From Octopus vulgaris (Eukaryota): a DNA stretch of 64,000 nucleotides. Below the pieces are notes generated by a model. The model worked only from the letters and a program-made list of their open reading frames with translations, was not told the origin of the DNA and searched no databases. Position 1 is the stretch's first letter, and each line of letters starts with the position of its first letter. Below are positions 38,499-53,102 of this stretch, one piece after another. The stretch spans positions 22,072,001-22,136,000 of the forward strand of contig OX597839.1 in NCBI GenBank assembly GCA_951406725.2, given 5' to 3'. Both the position numbers and the translations under genes were made by a program.

Positions 38499-38990
38499 TC
38501 ATCATCATCGTTTAACATCCGTTTTCCATGTTAACATTGGCTGGATGGTTTGACATGAAGCTGACAAGCCAGAGACCTGTCCAGACTCAATAGCTGAATG
38601 CCCTTTCTAATGCCATCAACATGGCTGCATTCATGCAGGACCAGCATGAGTGCAAAGGAGAAGCCTGTATCTATGGAAGACAGCGGTTTTACTTAGCTTG
38701 ACACGTCTTATCAAGTACAGCAAATCACCACATTTCCCAGTCTCTTATCCTCTCTTCAGTGAAGCCCAGCATCCGAAGATCCTTTCTCACCACTTTGTCC
38801 CACATCTTCCTAGGTCTACTCCTTCCACAGGTTTCCTCCACAATTAGAACTCAGCAATTCTTTACGCAGCTGTCTTCATCCATATGCATCACATGACCTA
38901 ACCAGTGCAGTCTTCTCTCTTCTTTCGTGCACAGAACATTAGATGCCTCTTATACCTAGTTTTCCTCTTAAATCATTTACACTCATATAT
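38499..38990 (-). mobile_element. old RTE-like ORF end joined to the (GAT)n-tailed 3' UTR
   Basis: WLGHVMHMDEDSCVK...GRSRPRKMWDKVVRKDL...FAVLDKTCQAK*, then ggcattagaaagggcattcagct...(gat)n. Confidence 0.7.
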
Positions 38991-39013
38991 ATATAAATAA
39001 ATAAACATAAATA

Positions 39014-39902
39014 CAGGGTGCGATGGGTAAATTGTCGCCATTTTATAATTTTAGTTTTGCGTGTGCATATTGTTTGTTTTTGATTTTGTCGACTACACAG
39101 TATATTAGGGTCAGTTGGGGTACCATCTCTGAGAAGAACAGCACCTTGACATAATTCACTCTGCCAGAAATTTGGAAATAATGTGCTGTACTGCTTGGCA
39201 TTCACATTGGAAGCTCCAATACAAATATTACAGAGTGTTTGGGTGTCAATCTGAGGATAGTGCAATCTGAGGACATGTACCGAGAGTGATAAAAAATCAA
39301 ACATCCAGTCAACATCATGGTGTTTGGAGTGATCACTAGTGATGGCAATGTTATGCCTTCATCCTTCTTTCCACACGACCTCAGACTTGACAAGGAGGCC
39401 TACATCAAGTGCCTGGAGGAGGTAGTACTGCCCTAGGTCAAGAGGGTGGCTGCTGGAAGACCCTATGTCTGGCAACAGGACTCTGCACCATGCCACACAA
39501 GCAGGAGAACCCAGTCATGGCTGTCAGACAATTTCTGCAACCACATCACCCCTAACATCTAGTCACCTAACTCCCCAGACTGCAATCCTCTTGATCATTA
39601 TGTGTGGGGTGCAGTTGTGTGAGAGACCAACAAAACTCTTCGTAACACCAAAGATGAATTGAAGGCAAGGATTATGGTAGCATTCACCCACTTAAACAAG
39701 GAGACCGCCCAGAAGAGTTGCAGGAGATTCCAAAGTCGTCTGGAGGCCGTAGTTGAAGCCAATGGCGATTTTATTGAATAAATTTACTCTTTAGTGTTTC
39801 AAGATATTTTTATGTAATTTTGGTAAATATATGTTAAAATGAGATGTCTGGGTAATTTTCATTTTTGCATAATTTAGACAACACTTTATTCACTGCACCT
39901 TG
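39014..39902 (+). mobile_element. internally deleted Tc1/mariner element, DD37D (maT-like)
   Basis: TA flanks at 39012-39013 and 39903-39904; TIR-like cagggtgc/gcaccttg. WQQDSAPCH...SPDCNPLD with 37 codons between the last two Asp; in-frame stops. Confidence 0.8.
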
Positions 39903-41070
39903 TATGTATGCGTGTGGCCCACTCATCTATAGTAGGACCAGCGAATTATCTGACTAATGCTCAGAATGATTGATGGTAGATGAAAACATTAACTCTACTT
40001 CGCTACAAAAGAAGGACATCTCTTCAATTATGCCATCATGAGATCTGATATGACTGGCGAGTCTGGCTTTGGACAAACTGACCCTATTGCAGATGTTGCT
40101 AATATTTTCTGACAGAAAAGTGTCTGAGATCGAAGCTATGTCCTGTTTAGGAAGTGCTTGCTTCAAGAGGCAGCATTTGATTCTCTGAGTTTGGAATACT
40201 TGATAGATCTCGTCTTTTGATAGGGCAGCACTCTCAAGGTTACCAAAGAGTTATGTCCCTTGACTGGGTGTTCTATAAATTGAGAGTTGTCAGACGTAGA
40301 CTTAGGATCATGTGGTTCTTAATACGTCGCATACATACCATCGTATATATAAATCTATACACATACACACACGTAGCCATGCATGCACACAAGCACACAC
40401 ACACATGCGCACTGCTTTATTACTGTTGTAGATTGTTTCTTCCAAAAACCAGTCGATTTTCTGTCATCGGCTCCCAGTCTTCAATGTTCATACTAAGAGC
40501 CCTGATCACCCAACCATTCCTCTGTCATGTCGCCAGACACCCCTCCCCTACTTTCCAGTTCTTCATATTCTTTTCTACTCTAGGAACAAGGCCTGAAATT
40601 TGGGGAGGGTGCCAGTCGATTAGATCGACCCCAGTACGTAACTGGTACTTAAAAAGGATGAAAGGCAAAATCGACCTTGGAAGAATTTGAACTCAGAGCA
40701 TTAAGACAGAGGGAATACTGCTAAGCATTTCACCCGGTGTGTTAATGTTTCTGTCAGCTCACTGGCTTAACCCTTTAGTATTTAAACCGGCCATATCCGG
40801 CCAAAATAGTTAATCTGTTTTATGTTCAAACTGACCAGATCCAGGCTCTCACACCTACCCTACAATGTTATTCTACATTAAGTAATTGCACCATCAAGAT
40901 CTTGAAGATATGAGATAATGCATGTTTAATTCAAATCAATGTGAATCAATAGGCATTATGTTTGATGGAATAATCTGAACACTAAAGGGTTAAAGTCCCC
41001 CAGTCCTTCATATTGACATCTGTGAAAGTGTTTTGTAAACCCCAAGAAATCGGCTTAAGAGTGGACTCAC

Positions 41071-41207
41071 CTTAATACTTAGGACCGTCCTCAGTTTTAC
41101 TCGCAGAGCAAACACTGCACAAGGAATGAGAGACACAAATGGAGATTCACCGATACGCATGGCCAAAGTATATTTAAAGAATGGCCAGCAGCACAACGAG
41201 GAGAGAC
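41071..41207 (-). CDS. PLAC8/cornifelin-family protein, coding exon 2
   Basis: ccattgcAG|GTCTCT...ATTAAG|GTgagt, 137 nt, phase 1/0. CLSSLCCWPFFKYTLAMRIGE...ALRVKLRTVLSIK. Confidence 0.9.
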
Positions 41208-41399
41208 CTGCAATGGAAGAGAAACATTTTAACACAGTTGATGCGGTTTCAATATTGAGGATTACCCTACCCCAACCCCCACACAGGCCAGGATAACCAT
41301 GTTTGGGTAGGGTTATGAACAACATTGAAGAACAAACTCACCAAAATTCACTTCTTTCACCAAAGAGCACATTGTAGAGTTTTTTTATTTTTTATAGAA

Positions 41400-42038
41400 A
41401 TAATAATCCTTCCTACTATAGAGACAAGGTCTGAAATTTTGAGAAAGGGGCTGTTCAATTCCATCGATCCCAGTAGTTGACTGGTATTTATCTAATGCTC
41501 TGGTGCCATTTGAACTTTGAACGTAAAGATGGATGAAATGCAACTAAGCATTTTGTCTGGTGTACAAAAGCTTCTGCCAGCTTGCTGCCTTAATAATCCT
41601 TTCTACTATAGGCACAAGGCCTGAAATTTGGGGGGAGGGGACTTGTCCATTACACTGACCTCAGTATGCATCTGGTACTTAATTTTTCAACCTCAAAAGG
41701 ATGAAAGGCAAAGTCGACCATGGCAGAATTTGAACTCAGGACATAAAGATGAATGGAATAATGCTAAGCATTTCATCCGGTGTGCTAACAATTCTGCCAG
41801 CTCACTGCCTTTTAAATAACAATAATAATGATGATGATGATGAGTTCAAATGTTGCCTCAAGGGCAGCCATTTTGGGGGAGAGGATTAAGTCTATAACAT
41901 CAACTCCAGTACATAACTGGTACTTAATTTATCGATCCAGAAAGGATGAAAGGCAAAGTCAACCTCGGTAGAATTTGAATGCAGAACGTAACGACATTTC
42001 ATCCGGTGTGCTAACGATTCTACCAGTTTGCCACCATT

Positions 42039-42073
<35 letters not shown>

Positions 42074-42260
42074 CTCTTCTAACATAGGCACAAAGCCTGA
42101 GATTTGTGGGAAGGGAACTAGTCAATTACATTGAGCCCCAGTAGTCAACTGGTACATGTTTTATTAACTGTGAAAAGATGAAGAAGAAAGTCATCCTCAG
42201 CAGAATTTGAACTCAGAACATAAAGATGTACAAAATATTGTTGTTTTGTCCAGCTCACCT
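41400..42260 (-). mobile_element. head-to-tail cluster of tRNA-derived SINEs with (ATT)n tails; similar clusters at 45604-46320 (+) and 2465-2950 (+)
   Basis: Repeated gagttcaaattc...gtcgactttgcctttcatcc...aggccttgtgcctatagtagaaaggattatt units separated by (ATT)n. Confidence 0.75.
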
Positions 42261-42403
42261 CATTTCATGTAGTGTCTATTGATAGACATGTGGTGTATTT
42301 TATGAACATGTAGGCACAAGTCATCCATGTGTTGAAAACAACTAAAAACCGAAACTGACCCCTTCCTGTCCCCGTAATTAATAGGGTTACGTGTCATACT
42401 TAC

Positions 42404-42569
42404 AGTTGTGTTTTTGATCGTCCTGACAGTCACAAAGACCAGATGACCAGGCTTTTTCGCAGATCTCGTGGTCAATGTGATTATTGGTCATTAGTTTGGA
42501 AGCAAGAGATAACTTTGACGTGCTTCTTGGTTGCTGTGTGATGGGCGTGGATGGCAGCTTGGTAGTCAT
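42404..42569 (-). CDS. PLAC8/cornifelin-family protein, coding exon 1
   Basis: ATG at 42569 preceded by a polypyrimidine tract and TAGCAG acceptor; donor CACAACT|GTaagt, phase 1. PITQQP...WSSGLCDCQDD matches the cornifelin/PLAC8 VTxQP...WxxGLxDCxxD pattern. Confidence 0.9.
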
Positions 42570-43129
42570 GACTGCTAAAAAAAAATGGGATTAACCTGGT
42601 GGTGGGGAGAAAAAAAAACAACAAAATGATATTAAATAAAGCATAATATTAGATGGTAATTAAAACAATTAACGATGGAAAAATAAAATCTAGACACAGA
42701 AAGAATAAGAATTAAGCCTTCCATCTGCACAACCAAACATACAATGGCCATCTCACACACACACACACAGCTTCTACCCTTTCTACTATATCACATCAGC
42801 AGTTTCTACCTCTCTCTCTCTCTTTCTCTCATCCCATGATACAGTCACCTCCCACCCCATCCTTTCATATCTCCCTCCTTTTCCACCCCCCACTGCCATC
42901 ACCCCCTCATGACTCAAAACATCTCTGAAGGAACTGCTGTAATAAGACAGAGGGGCGCACCCCACCCCCTCACACACATACTCACCCCACCCACGCACAT
43001 ACACTCCCCCACACATCCACACACACACACACCTACACATTCATACACACACACATATGCATGTACACAAACATATACGCACAGACACAGACACGCACAC
43101 ACATACACACATATACACATAGACAGATA

Positions 43130-43162
<33 letters not shown>

Positions 43163-43919
43163 TTGCCATCCATGTTTACACACACATACATGTATAGACA
43201 TACAAGTAAGGAAATGCTCCTGATGGGGTTTCAGGGATTTGGGGGCTTGTCAGACCCTAAAAGCTACATTTAGGGGATTGTGAACCCAATTCTATCATTT
43301 GCACACAAACATGTGGTTGGAATATATCAAAAATGTAATAATCCTTTCTACTGAAGGCACAAGGCCTGAAATTTGTGGGGAGGGGACTAGTCAAATACAT
43401 CGACCCCCAATGTGTAACTGGTACTTAATTTATCAACCCTGAAAGGATGAAGGGCAAAGTCGACCCCAGCAGAATTTGAACTTAGAACATAAAGACAGAT
43501 GAAATACTACTCAGCATTTTAGCCGGCATGCTAACGATTCTACCAGCTCACCACTTTTACAATAATAATAATAATAATAATAATAATGGCTTCAGGTTTT
43601 GGTACATGGCCAGCAACTTTGGATTGCAAGAGTGGATTTGGTCCGGATTCGGCCCAGAATATTTTTAATTGACTCATAGAGTCTGCCTGATTCCTAAATG
43701 GTATGATACGTTGGGCTACGGCCTCTAGGAGTAAAGCTGAAGAATTGTGACACACTGACATTCACATTTATTCTATTAAATATGTTTAATTTCGGGGAAA
43801 CTTTATTTCAATTAAAGTATATTTGATATATGTGTGTGTGTGTGTATGTATATATGTATACCCCCCCCACATATATGCATATATATATAGATATATAGAT
43901 ATTTAGGTATGTATTAAGG

Positions 43920-43955
<36 letters not shown>

Positions 43956-45026
43956 GATCTGAATATCCTTTCAGTATCTAATCTGATAATGTATGAACAC
44001 CTGGGAACTCCCTCTCCAAAGTGGAAATTGAGAGGGGAAGGAGGCTGGTTGTGGGGTGGTTGTTGCATTCCTCAACTTCTGACACACCTGAGAGGGTGGT
44101 GGTGGTGGTGATGGGAGTGATGGGGGAGGGGTTTAGTATTCTAAAGCCTATGAGGTTGTTAAGAAAGACCCTGCCACCTCTCTGTCCCTCATGAACCTTA
44201 CTTTTCCCTTAATTTCTAAAATCCATTATCATCACGGGGTGCAGGCCTGGACAAGGTACAGTTTTTTTGGCCTGACATGCAAGCCTCCACATCACCACAA
44301 CACCAGTGTTTTCCAAGAGTGAGATAAGATCCAATACAGTTAGGGGTCAACATTGTCACAGACATCTTCAGACCCAACACCACAAGGGATCTTAACCACC
44401 CCTAACCCCACCCTCTGTTACAGCCCCATCCCCTGCCCTGGACTCACGTTTTATTTACAAACTCAAGAATGAAGAAAATGATAAAGTTGCTCTCAGCAGA
44501 ATTTTAAGCCAGAGGTACAGATGTGGCTCTGTGTTGAGGATTTTACTTCCTAACCACTTGGTGACAGGTTCAGTCCTACTGTGTGGCACCTTGGGTAAGT
44601 GTCTTCTACTATGGCCACAAGTTGACCAAATCCTTGTGAGTGGATTTGGTGGACGGAAACTGAACAAAGCCTGTTGTATATGTCTGTATGCGCGCGTGTG
44701 TATGTGTGTGTGTGTGTGTGTGTGTGTCTTTGTAACTGAGTTTGTCCCCTGCCACTTCTTGATAACTGGTGTCGGTGTGTTTATGTCCCTGTAACTTAGC
44801 AGTTTGGCAGTAGAGGCTGAATGAATATGCACTTAGGCCTAAAAAGAAATAAGTCCTGAGGTCGATTTGCTTGTCTAAAAGAGATTCTTTCAAGGCTGTG
44901 CCCCAGCATGGCCACAGTCTAACGACTGAAACAAGAGTTTAAAAAAGGGATACATTGTCTAAGGTAGCCTTCCTTATCTAAGATGGTAGGATGTGATTTG
45001 ATGGTTGTTTCACTATTTTTTCTAGC

Positions 45027-45525
45027 AGGTCCAGCAACCATGCAACCAAAAGAATACCCTCCATCAGGCATTTGCCATATCCTGAACGCCTTACTTCCCT
45101 GGGCATGGACACATTGAAACTCCGACGTCTGGCAGCTGACCTGGCAGACACCCATAAAATTATCAACCATCGCACAAACAATAACACTGAGCACCTCTTC
45201 AAACTCCACCCATCTAACACCCGTGGACATATTTACAAAGTAAGAAAACAGCACAGCTCCCATGACTTCAGGAAACATTTTTTCACACTGAGAGTTGCTG
45301 AAGTGTGGAACAAACTGCCGGCATCGGTTGTTAGTTGTCGGAGCACTGCATCCTTCAAGACTTCCATGCTTCCTGAGATTCGCCAACACTACACTTGATT
45401 TTCTCCCCTCCATACACACACAAGCATGTTCACTTTCCAGACATTTCTACATTACTGCATGTACTTTATATGCACTTTCTGACAAGTTGTGGTGCACCTG
45501 AGCACTGTATACAATAATTTCATTA
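45027..45525 (+). mobile_element. CR1-clade LINE 3' end
   Basis: YPERLTSLGMDTLKLRRL...TRGHIYK...RKHFFTLRVAEVWNKLP...SFK is the CR1 ORF2 C-terminal signature; short 3' UTR. Confidence 0.85.
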
Positions 45526-46053
45526 TATATATATATAAAGATATCTCTTCACTTCATTGGATCACATATTGTTGTTGTTGTTGTTGTTGTCATCATTATT
45601 ATTAAGGAAGCAAGCTGGCAGAATTGTTAGCATACTGGACGAAATACTTAGCAGTATTTTGCCCATCTGTACTTTCTGAGTTCAAATTCCACTGAGGTCG
45701 ACTTTGCCTTTCATCCTTTTGGGGTCAATAAATTAAGTACCAGTGAAACACTGGGGTCAACATAATAATCTCACCCCCTCCCTGCAAATTTCAGGCCTTG
45801 TGCCTTCAGTAGAAAGGATTATTAATAGTATTGTTGTTAAGGTGGCAACCTAGCAGGATCTTAGGAGGTCGGATGAAATGCCTAGCGGCATTTTATCTGT
45901 CACTATGTTCTGAGTTCAAATTCTGCCAAGGTCGACTTTGCCTTTCATGCTTTCAGGATTGATAAAATAAGTACCAGTTGAATGCTGGGGGTTGATGTAA
46001 TCAACTAGTCCCCTCCCCACCCAAATTGCTGCCCTTGTGGCAAAATTTGAAAC

Positions 46054-46084
<31 letters not shown>

Positions 46085-46774
46085 GTGGTTAAGGTGGTGA
46101 GGTGGCACAATCATTAGGCGGATGGGTGAAATGCTTGGCGACATTTTGTCTGTTGTTACGTTCTGAGTTCAAATTCCACTGAGGTCAACTTTGCCTTTCA
46201 TCCTTTTGGGGTCAGTTAAATAAGTACCAACTGAACTCTAGGGTCGATGTAATTGACTTAATCCCCTCCCCTCAAATTTCAGGCCCTGTGCCTACAGTAG
46301 AAAGGATTATTATTATTGTTGTTGTTGTTGCATAACTCCAGATCAACCTCAATGTACCCCACCCCCACCTACAATATTTTTATCAGTACAGCCTCGCCGG
46401 GCACCTGTGCCGGTGGCACGTAAAAAGCACCCACTACACTCTCGGAGTGGTTGGCGTTAGGAAGGGCATCCAGCTGTAGAAACACTGCCAGAACAGACTG
46501 GGCCTGGTGTAGCCTTCTGGCTTCCCAGATCCCCGGTCGAACCGTCCAACCCATGCTAGCATGGAAAGCGGACGCTAAACGATGATGATGATGATGATGA
46601 TGATAAGGCTACATTATCTGATTTGAAAAAGATTTGGCTACTAATTTTAGCTAATTGAGCATATCTATGGTCGAATGCTCGTTAGCTTATTAGTTGCTAT
46701 GGTGATGTTGATGTCGCTGCTGCTGCTGCTGATGATAATAATGGTGGTGGTGGGGGTGGTGATGATGATGGTGA

Positions 46775-46805
<31 letters not shown>

Positions 46806-47129
46806 ATTGCATTTCATTAAAGACCGAGTTCAAGTTACCCCAGGGGAGTCAGAAAAGATGTAACTGATCTGATCTGGGTTTCATGAATTAAGGGTGGAGT
46901 CACTGGAGCAAACGGGAACGAAGAATCTTGGTGGGTAGAAAGACAGGGAAATGGGTGTATACACACATATACGTACATGCATACAAATATGTGTGTATAT
47001 ATATGCACATATATGTGTGTGTGTATATATATATCTATATATATATCTTATACATATATATGCAAATATGTACACACATACACCCTAGCTTGCTTATATT
47101 TATTCACTTCTGCTAAGAAACATGACCCC

Positions 47130-47163
47130 ACACACCTACACACACACACCTACACACACACAC

Positions 47164-47238
<75 letters not shown>

Positions 47239-47442
47239 CACATAAAATTACACACTTACATATCTATGTATGTTTATTCATATATATATATATATATATA
47301 TATATGAATATAAACATGAGTGTATATATATATATATACATACATGCAATTAAACATGCTCACACACATGTATTTATTCATTTATGTATAATTATAAACC
47401 CACACCCACATACAGATATACACATAAATATATGTGTATATA

Positions 47443-47481
<39 letters not shown>

Positions 47482-47512
47482 GTGTATATGTATATATCTG
47501 TATATATATATG

Positions 47513-47549
<37 letters not shown>

Positions 47550-47612
47550 GTATATCTGTATATATCTGTATATATATATGTATAAACATATATATATATA
47601 TATATATGTATA

Positions 47613-47669
<57 letters not shown>

Positions 47670-47727
47670 ATACACACATACATATATATACACACATACA
47701 TATACATACATACATACACACAAATAA

Positions 47728-47770
<43 letters not shown>
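47130..47770. repeat. compound (CA)n/(TA)n microsatellite field
   Basis: Read directly from the sequence. Confidence 0.95.
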
Positions 47771-48204
47771 CACATAGATCAGCATAATGTTTATACATAC
47801 ATCCATGGGAAAAAAAAAACACTCAGAAATATTCATTGCGCGTGTTGATACATGTGTGTGAGTGTGTGTGTGTGTGCATGCGTGCGTGTGTATACACCAA
47901 TGCACAGACATTCAATCCGTAGCTTAGTTCATTCTGTTTATATACAAGAGTGTATATTTATGCAAGCTTATGAACACACCACGAACACACACATACACAC
48001 ACACATACCGAGATCAGAAAGACAAGAGTAAGTGTGGTAGTCAGTACTTTCTCTCTCTGTTTCTCTCTCTTTCTCCCTCACACACACACATCATCATCAT
48101 TCAACGTCCATCTCTCATGCTTGTATGGGTTATCCGGCTTGATAAGGGCTGGCAAGCCAGGGTATTGCAGCAAGCTGTATCGTCTGATTTGGCGTGGTAT
48201 TTAT

Positions 48205-48240
<36 letters not shown>

Positions 48241-50279
48241 ACACACTCTTACTCTTTTACTCTTTTACTTGTTTCAGTCATTTGACTGCGGCCATGCTGG
48301 AGCACCGCCTTTAATCGAGCAACTTGACCCCGGGACTTATTCTTTTTGTAAGCCCAGTACTTATTCTATCGGTCTCTTTTGCCGAACCGCTAACACACCA
48401 GCATAGGTTGTCAAGCAATGCTAGGGGAACAAACACAGACACACAAACACACACACATACATATATATATACATATATACGACGGGCTTCTTTCAGTTTC
48501 CGTCTACCAAATCCACTCACAAGGCATTGGTCGGCCCGGGGCTATAGCAGAAGACACTTGCCCAAGATGCCACGCAGTGGGACTGAACCCGGAACCATGT
48601 GGTTGGTTAGCAAGCTACTTACCACACAGCCACTCCTGCGCCTATTTATACAGTTTAAATTTATAGAAAAACGCAACAAAGACAGGTGTATGAACAAGAA
48701 GCAAGTGTATTAATTTGATACTCGGGAAAAATGAAAAGGTCTTTTATGTTTTGAGCCTATGCTCCTCAACAGAAAGGAATAAGAGGAAATAAACACAGAG
48801 GGAATATATAATACACACACACACATCATCATCATCATCCCCATCATTTAATGTCCATTTGTGGTACTGGCATGGTCTGGACAGTTTGAGAGGGGCAGGC
48901 AAGGGTAGAGAGCTGCCTAGGTTCTACGTCTGTTTGGCATGGTTTCCACAGCCAGATGGCCTTCCAGAAAGCGACCACTTTACAGAGTGAACTGGATACT
49001 ACCACACAGCACTGGCAAGAGTGTTTTTTACATGGCACCAACAGACTCAAGGTTAGGAACACTCAGCTGAAGAGGGATGAAGGGGTCATACCTAGCTGCA
49101 AGGACAACCATGTATTTACTTAGCTTGGTGTATCTTCTCAAGCACAGCAAAGCGCCAGCAGTCTTGGTCCCCAATCATTGCCTCTCTGAGGCCCATGCAC
49201 TTATATAGTCATTTGTTTGTTTTCTTGCTTAATTGTTTAACGTCCATATTTCCCTGCTTGCATGGGTTAGACCAGTAGTTCCCAAGCTTATCTGGGCTGT
49301 CATCCCCTTGGCACTCAGGCCACATTCTTAGCACCCCACTCCAATGCTCACTACCAAAAACAAAGACCACTTTCCGCAGTAAATTCAAACTGTATTTCAC
49401 AAATACAATTTAATCCAATCAACCCATTATTTTGTTATTTTTATATCCATTGCCCCCTTTTTGTCACTCTAGTATCACCCCTTTTTGGCCACCCAAATTA
49501 TCACCCCCTTTTGACTACACCATTATTGTCCCTTTTTGGCCACATCATTATTGCTTCTCTTTTCTACAATGCCACCACCTGGATCTTTCCACCAGCCCCA
49601 GTGGGGCAATACTGCCTACTTTGGGAACCCCTGGGTTAGATGAAGGCTCATTTGAGGCAGGATTTGAGAGTCAGATGCTCCCCCTGTGACTTACTCTTAT
49701 CTAAGGAATCCTTTTGTATTCCAGGGGTCTTCCAAAGCACAGAAGAACTGGTTTTAATGTTAATAAGGAATATAAACACCATGCCACTATTTCAACTTAA
49801 GCAGTAATTATCAAAGCCATAGGATATCAACATTAACATCAGCACACCACACACACACACCACACATGCACACAACTATACACACATACACCCACATAAT
49901 ATCCATATATTAAGATATTCTGTGGAGGCACATGGCTCAGCGGTCAGAGCAATGGGCTCACAATCATAAGGTAGTGAGTTTGATTCTCAGACCATGGCTT
50001 TGTGTTGTGTTCTTGAGCAAGACACTTTATTTCACTTTGCTCCATTTTCACTCATCTTTAGAAATGAGTTGCGACGTCACTGGTGCCAAGCTGAATTGGC
50101 CCCTTTTCCTTTCCCTTGGATAACAATGGTGGTGTGGAGAGGAGAGGCTGATATCCATGGGTGACTGCTGGTCTTCCATAAACAACCTTTTGCAGACTTC
50201 TGCCTCGGAGGGTAACTTTCTAGGTGCAATCCCAGGGTCATTCATGACTGAAGGGCATCTTTACACCTTTTTATTAATA

Positions 50280-50761
50280 TCTATATATATATAAAACTGT
50301 AGTTGTGTGAGTGTCTGTCCCCTTTGCGGTGCAGTTTAACCAAATTCAGGTATCTTATAGTCGTGATTCATATCGAGCCCGTCTGAGTATTAGCGCGCGT
50401 CTACGATGAGTCTACGATTTTAAAAATAATTTAACATCATTTTTTATTCCATTTTAATGCATATTTCGTGTGTTGATGGCGGCAGAGTTGGCGTCCATGG
50501 TCACACCTGCACCTCTTTGCTTCTCCCCCTTCTTCCCTCCCCCGTGAAGCTGTGGGGAAGGGAGTGTAAGGAAATCAACGTCGTAAAGCATTGTCAAGGA
50601 GACCAGCGTTCTTTTAGAACAACGACTTCATGGCTTGAAGACACCAAAACAGAAATGGCTAAGAGAGCCCGAATTGGCATCTATAAGGGAAGTAACTCTC
50701 TAAAAATGCTTATATAGTTATTTCCCTTACAAACCCGAGCAACGCTGGGCGATACTGCTAG
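50280..50761 (+). mobile_element. non-autonomous Helitron
   Basis: A|TCTATATATAT start, hairpin CCCGAGCAACGCTGGG, CTAG|T end; shares blocks with 56693-57087. Confidence 0.8.
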
Positions 50762-50979
50762 TATTCTACAAAATTAAAATTTGTCAATTAAGTAATCACT
50801 ACTTGTTGTTGTTGTGGTGTGTGAAGGCACATGGCTCAGTGGTTAAGGTATTCAGTTCCTGAGTTCGATTCCTGGTGGTGTGTTGTCTCCCTGAGCAAGA
50901 CACTTTACTCCACATTGTTCCAGTCCACTCAGCTAGCAGAAATGTGTTGTACCTGTAATTCAAAGAACCAGCCATGTCA

Positions 50980-51466
50980 CATTCTGTGTCATACTGAATC
51001 TCTTTAAGAACTACATTAATGGTAAACATGTCTGTGGAGTACTCAGCCATTTGTATCTTAATTTTACGAACAGGCTGTTCTGTTGATTGGAGCAACTGGA
51101 ATCTTTGTGATCATAATTGATGAAATCTCAGTTGTCATTTAGCCCTGGGTCAGCCCTGATCATAAAGACATTCCATCTGTGACCTGTTCATTTAAAACAG
51201 TCAAAGTCTTTCCCTTGTAAACTCATTCTGTGTCATACTGAATCTCTTTAAGAACTACATTAATGGTAAATATGTCTGTGGAGTACTCAGCCATTTGCAT
51301 TCTTAATTTTACGAACAGGCTGTTCTGTTGATTGGAGCAACTGGAATCTTTGTGATCATAATTGATGAAATCTCAGTTGTCATTTAGCCCTGGGTCAGCC
51401 CTGATCATAAAGACATTCCATCTGTGACCTGTTCATTTAAAACAGTTTCCCTTGTAAACTCATTCT
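50980..51466 (+). repeat. 244-bp tandem duplication of a SINE 3' part plus flank
   Basis: cattctgtgtcatactgaatc at 50980 and 51224; cattct microhomology also at 51461. Confidence 0.9.
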
Positions 51467-52183
51467 TCACTTTCCTCCAATCAACAACATTTTCCTTTTA
51501 GAATTACGGGATCCAATTACAATTGATGGAAATCAGTGGATTTGAATTAACAGACATTATTGTCAGGAATGGTAATAACAGACCTTAACACAAGGAATGA
51601 TAATAATGTTAATTCCAGAAATCACACAAATTTATTGCCAGGAATGTGGGTCCTTTTGAATTTCCAAAATAGCAGTGTTTAGTGATGCGATAATGCAGCA
51701 ATAATTATTAATTAAAAAAAACTAGTTTGTAATTAAGAATCAAAATGACACCCATTAAACAGTACTAGGCTTACAAAGAATAAGTCCTGTGGTCGATTTG
51801 TTCAAATAAAGGTGGTGCTCCAGCATGGCCGCAGTCAAATGACTGAAACAAGCAAAAGAGTAAAAGAGATATGCCAAACCGTTAAGTTTCGGGAATGTAG
51901 ACACATCACATTAGTTGTCAATTGATGGTGGGGGAAACAAACGCAGGCATATATATACTGTTGTGTCTGGGGAGAGTCATTTTCTTTTTGTGCCTTATTA
52001 TGTAACACACTCACCGGTAAAATTTCCACTTATTTCTTATTCTTATTTTCCTAAAATTTTTGTTGCGTCTTGCAACCTTTTCAATAAGGCACAAAAAGAA
52101 AATGACTCTTCCCTGACACAACAGAACATGCTTCAACACACAAACTCATATAAAGAATCTTGCAAACCAAATCCAAAAACAAA

Positions 52184-52229
<46 letters not shown>

Positions 52230-52458
52230 ATATTAGGGAATAAATCCAAATTTACAGGGAAAAAATCAGATTTAGGATTAAATCCAATTTTATAGTAAAA
52301 TATTATATAATATTATTAGAGACAAAACCACTATTTTGCAAAACAAACAAGGAAAGACTTAATCAATACATGGCGTTTTTTTTTACTTTTTATTAAAATT
52401 TTATGTATTGATTAAGTCTTTCCTTGTTTGTTTTGCAAAATAGTGGTTTTGTCTCTAA

Positions 52459-52640
<182 letters not shown>

Positions 52641-53102
52641 ACTGGCTTCATTCAGTTTCCGTCTACCAAATCCACTCACAAGGCTTTGGTTGGCCTGAGG
52701 CTATAGTAGAAGACACTTGCCCAAGGTGCCACGTAGTGGGACTGAACCTGGAACCATGTGGTTGGAAAGCAAGCTTCTTACCACTCAGCCATGCCTGTGC
52801 CTAAGTGTAATACCTTTATTGCAGATAGATTTTAAGGACAAAATCTTATATGGACCCCTTAAAGGGTCATGTGGACCCTTGTTGAGAATCACGAATGCAA
52901 ACATGGAATATGAATGTTAAATGATGGAGATGTATGTATGTATGTATGTATGTATGTATGTATGGTTGTAGGGAAAAAAAAAACAGGATAGTCATGGCTG
53001 GAGATGCCTTTGATCATAGGTTTGTCCCATCTTGGGCTGACCTTGGGCTAAACCATAACAATAAAACAACAAAGGGAGTCTTTGTGTGGTTTCTTGATTT
53101 TC

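Noticed and set aside
48735-48775. Minus-strand TTGAGGA-gcataggctc-aaaac hammerhead-like relic
   Set aside because: G12 is missing and the stems are weak; cannot be supported without a family consensus.
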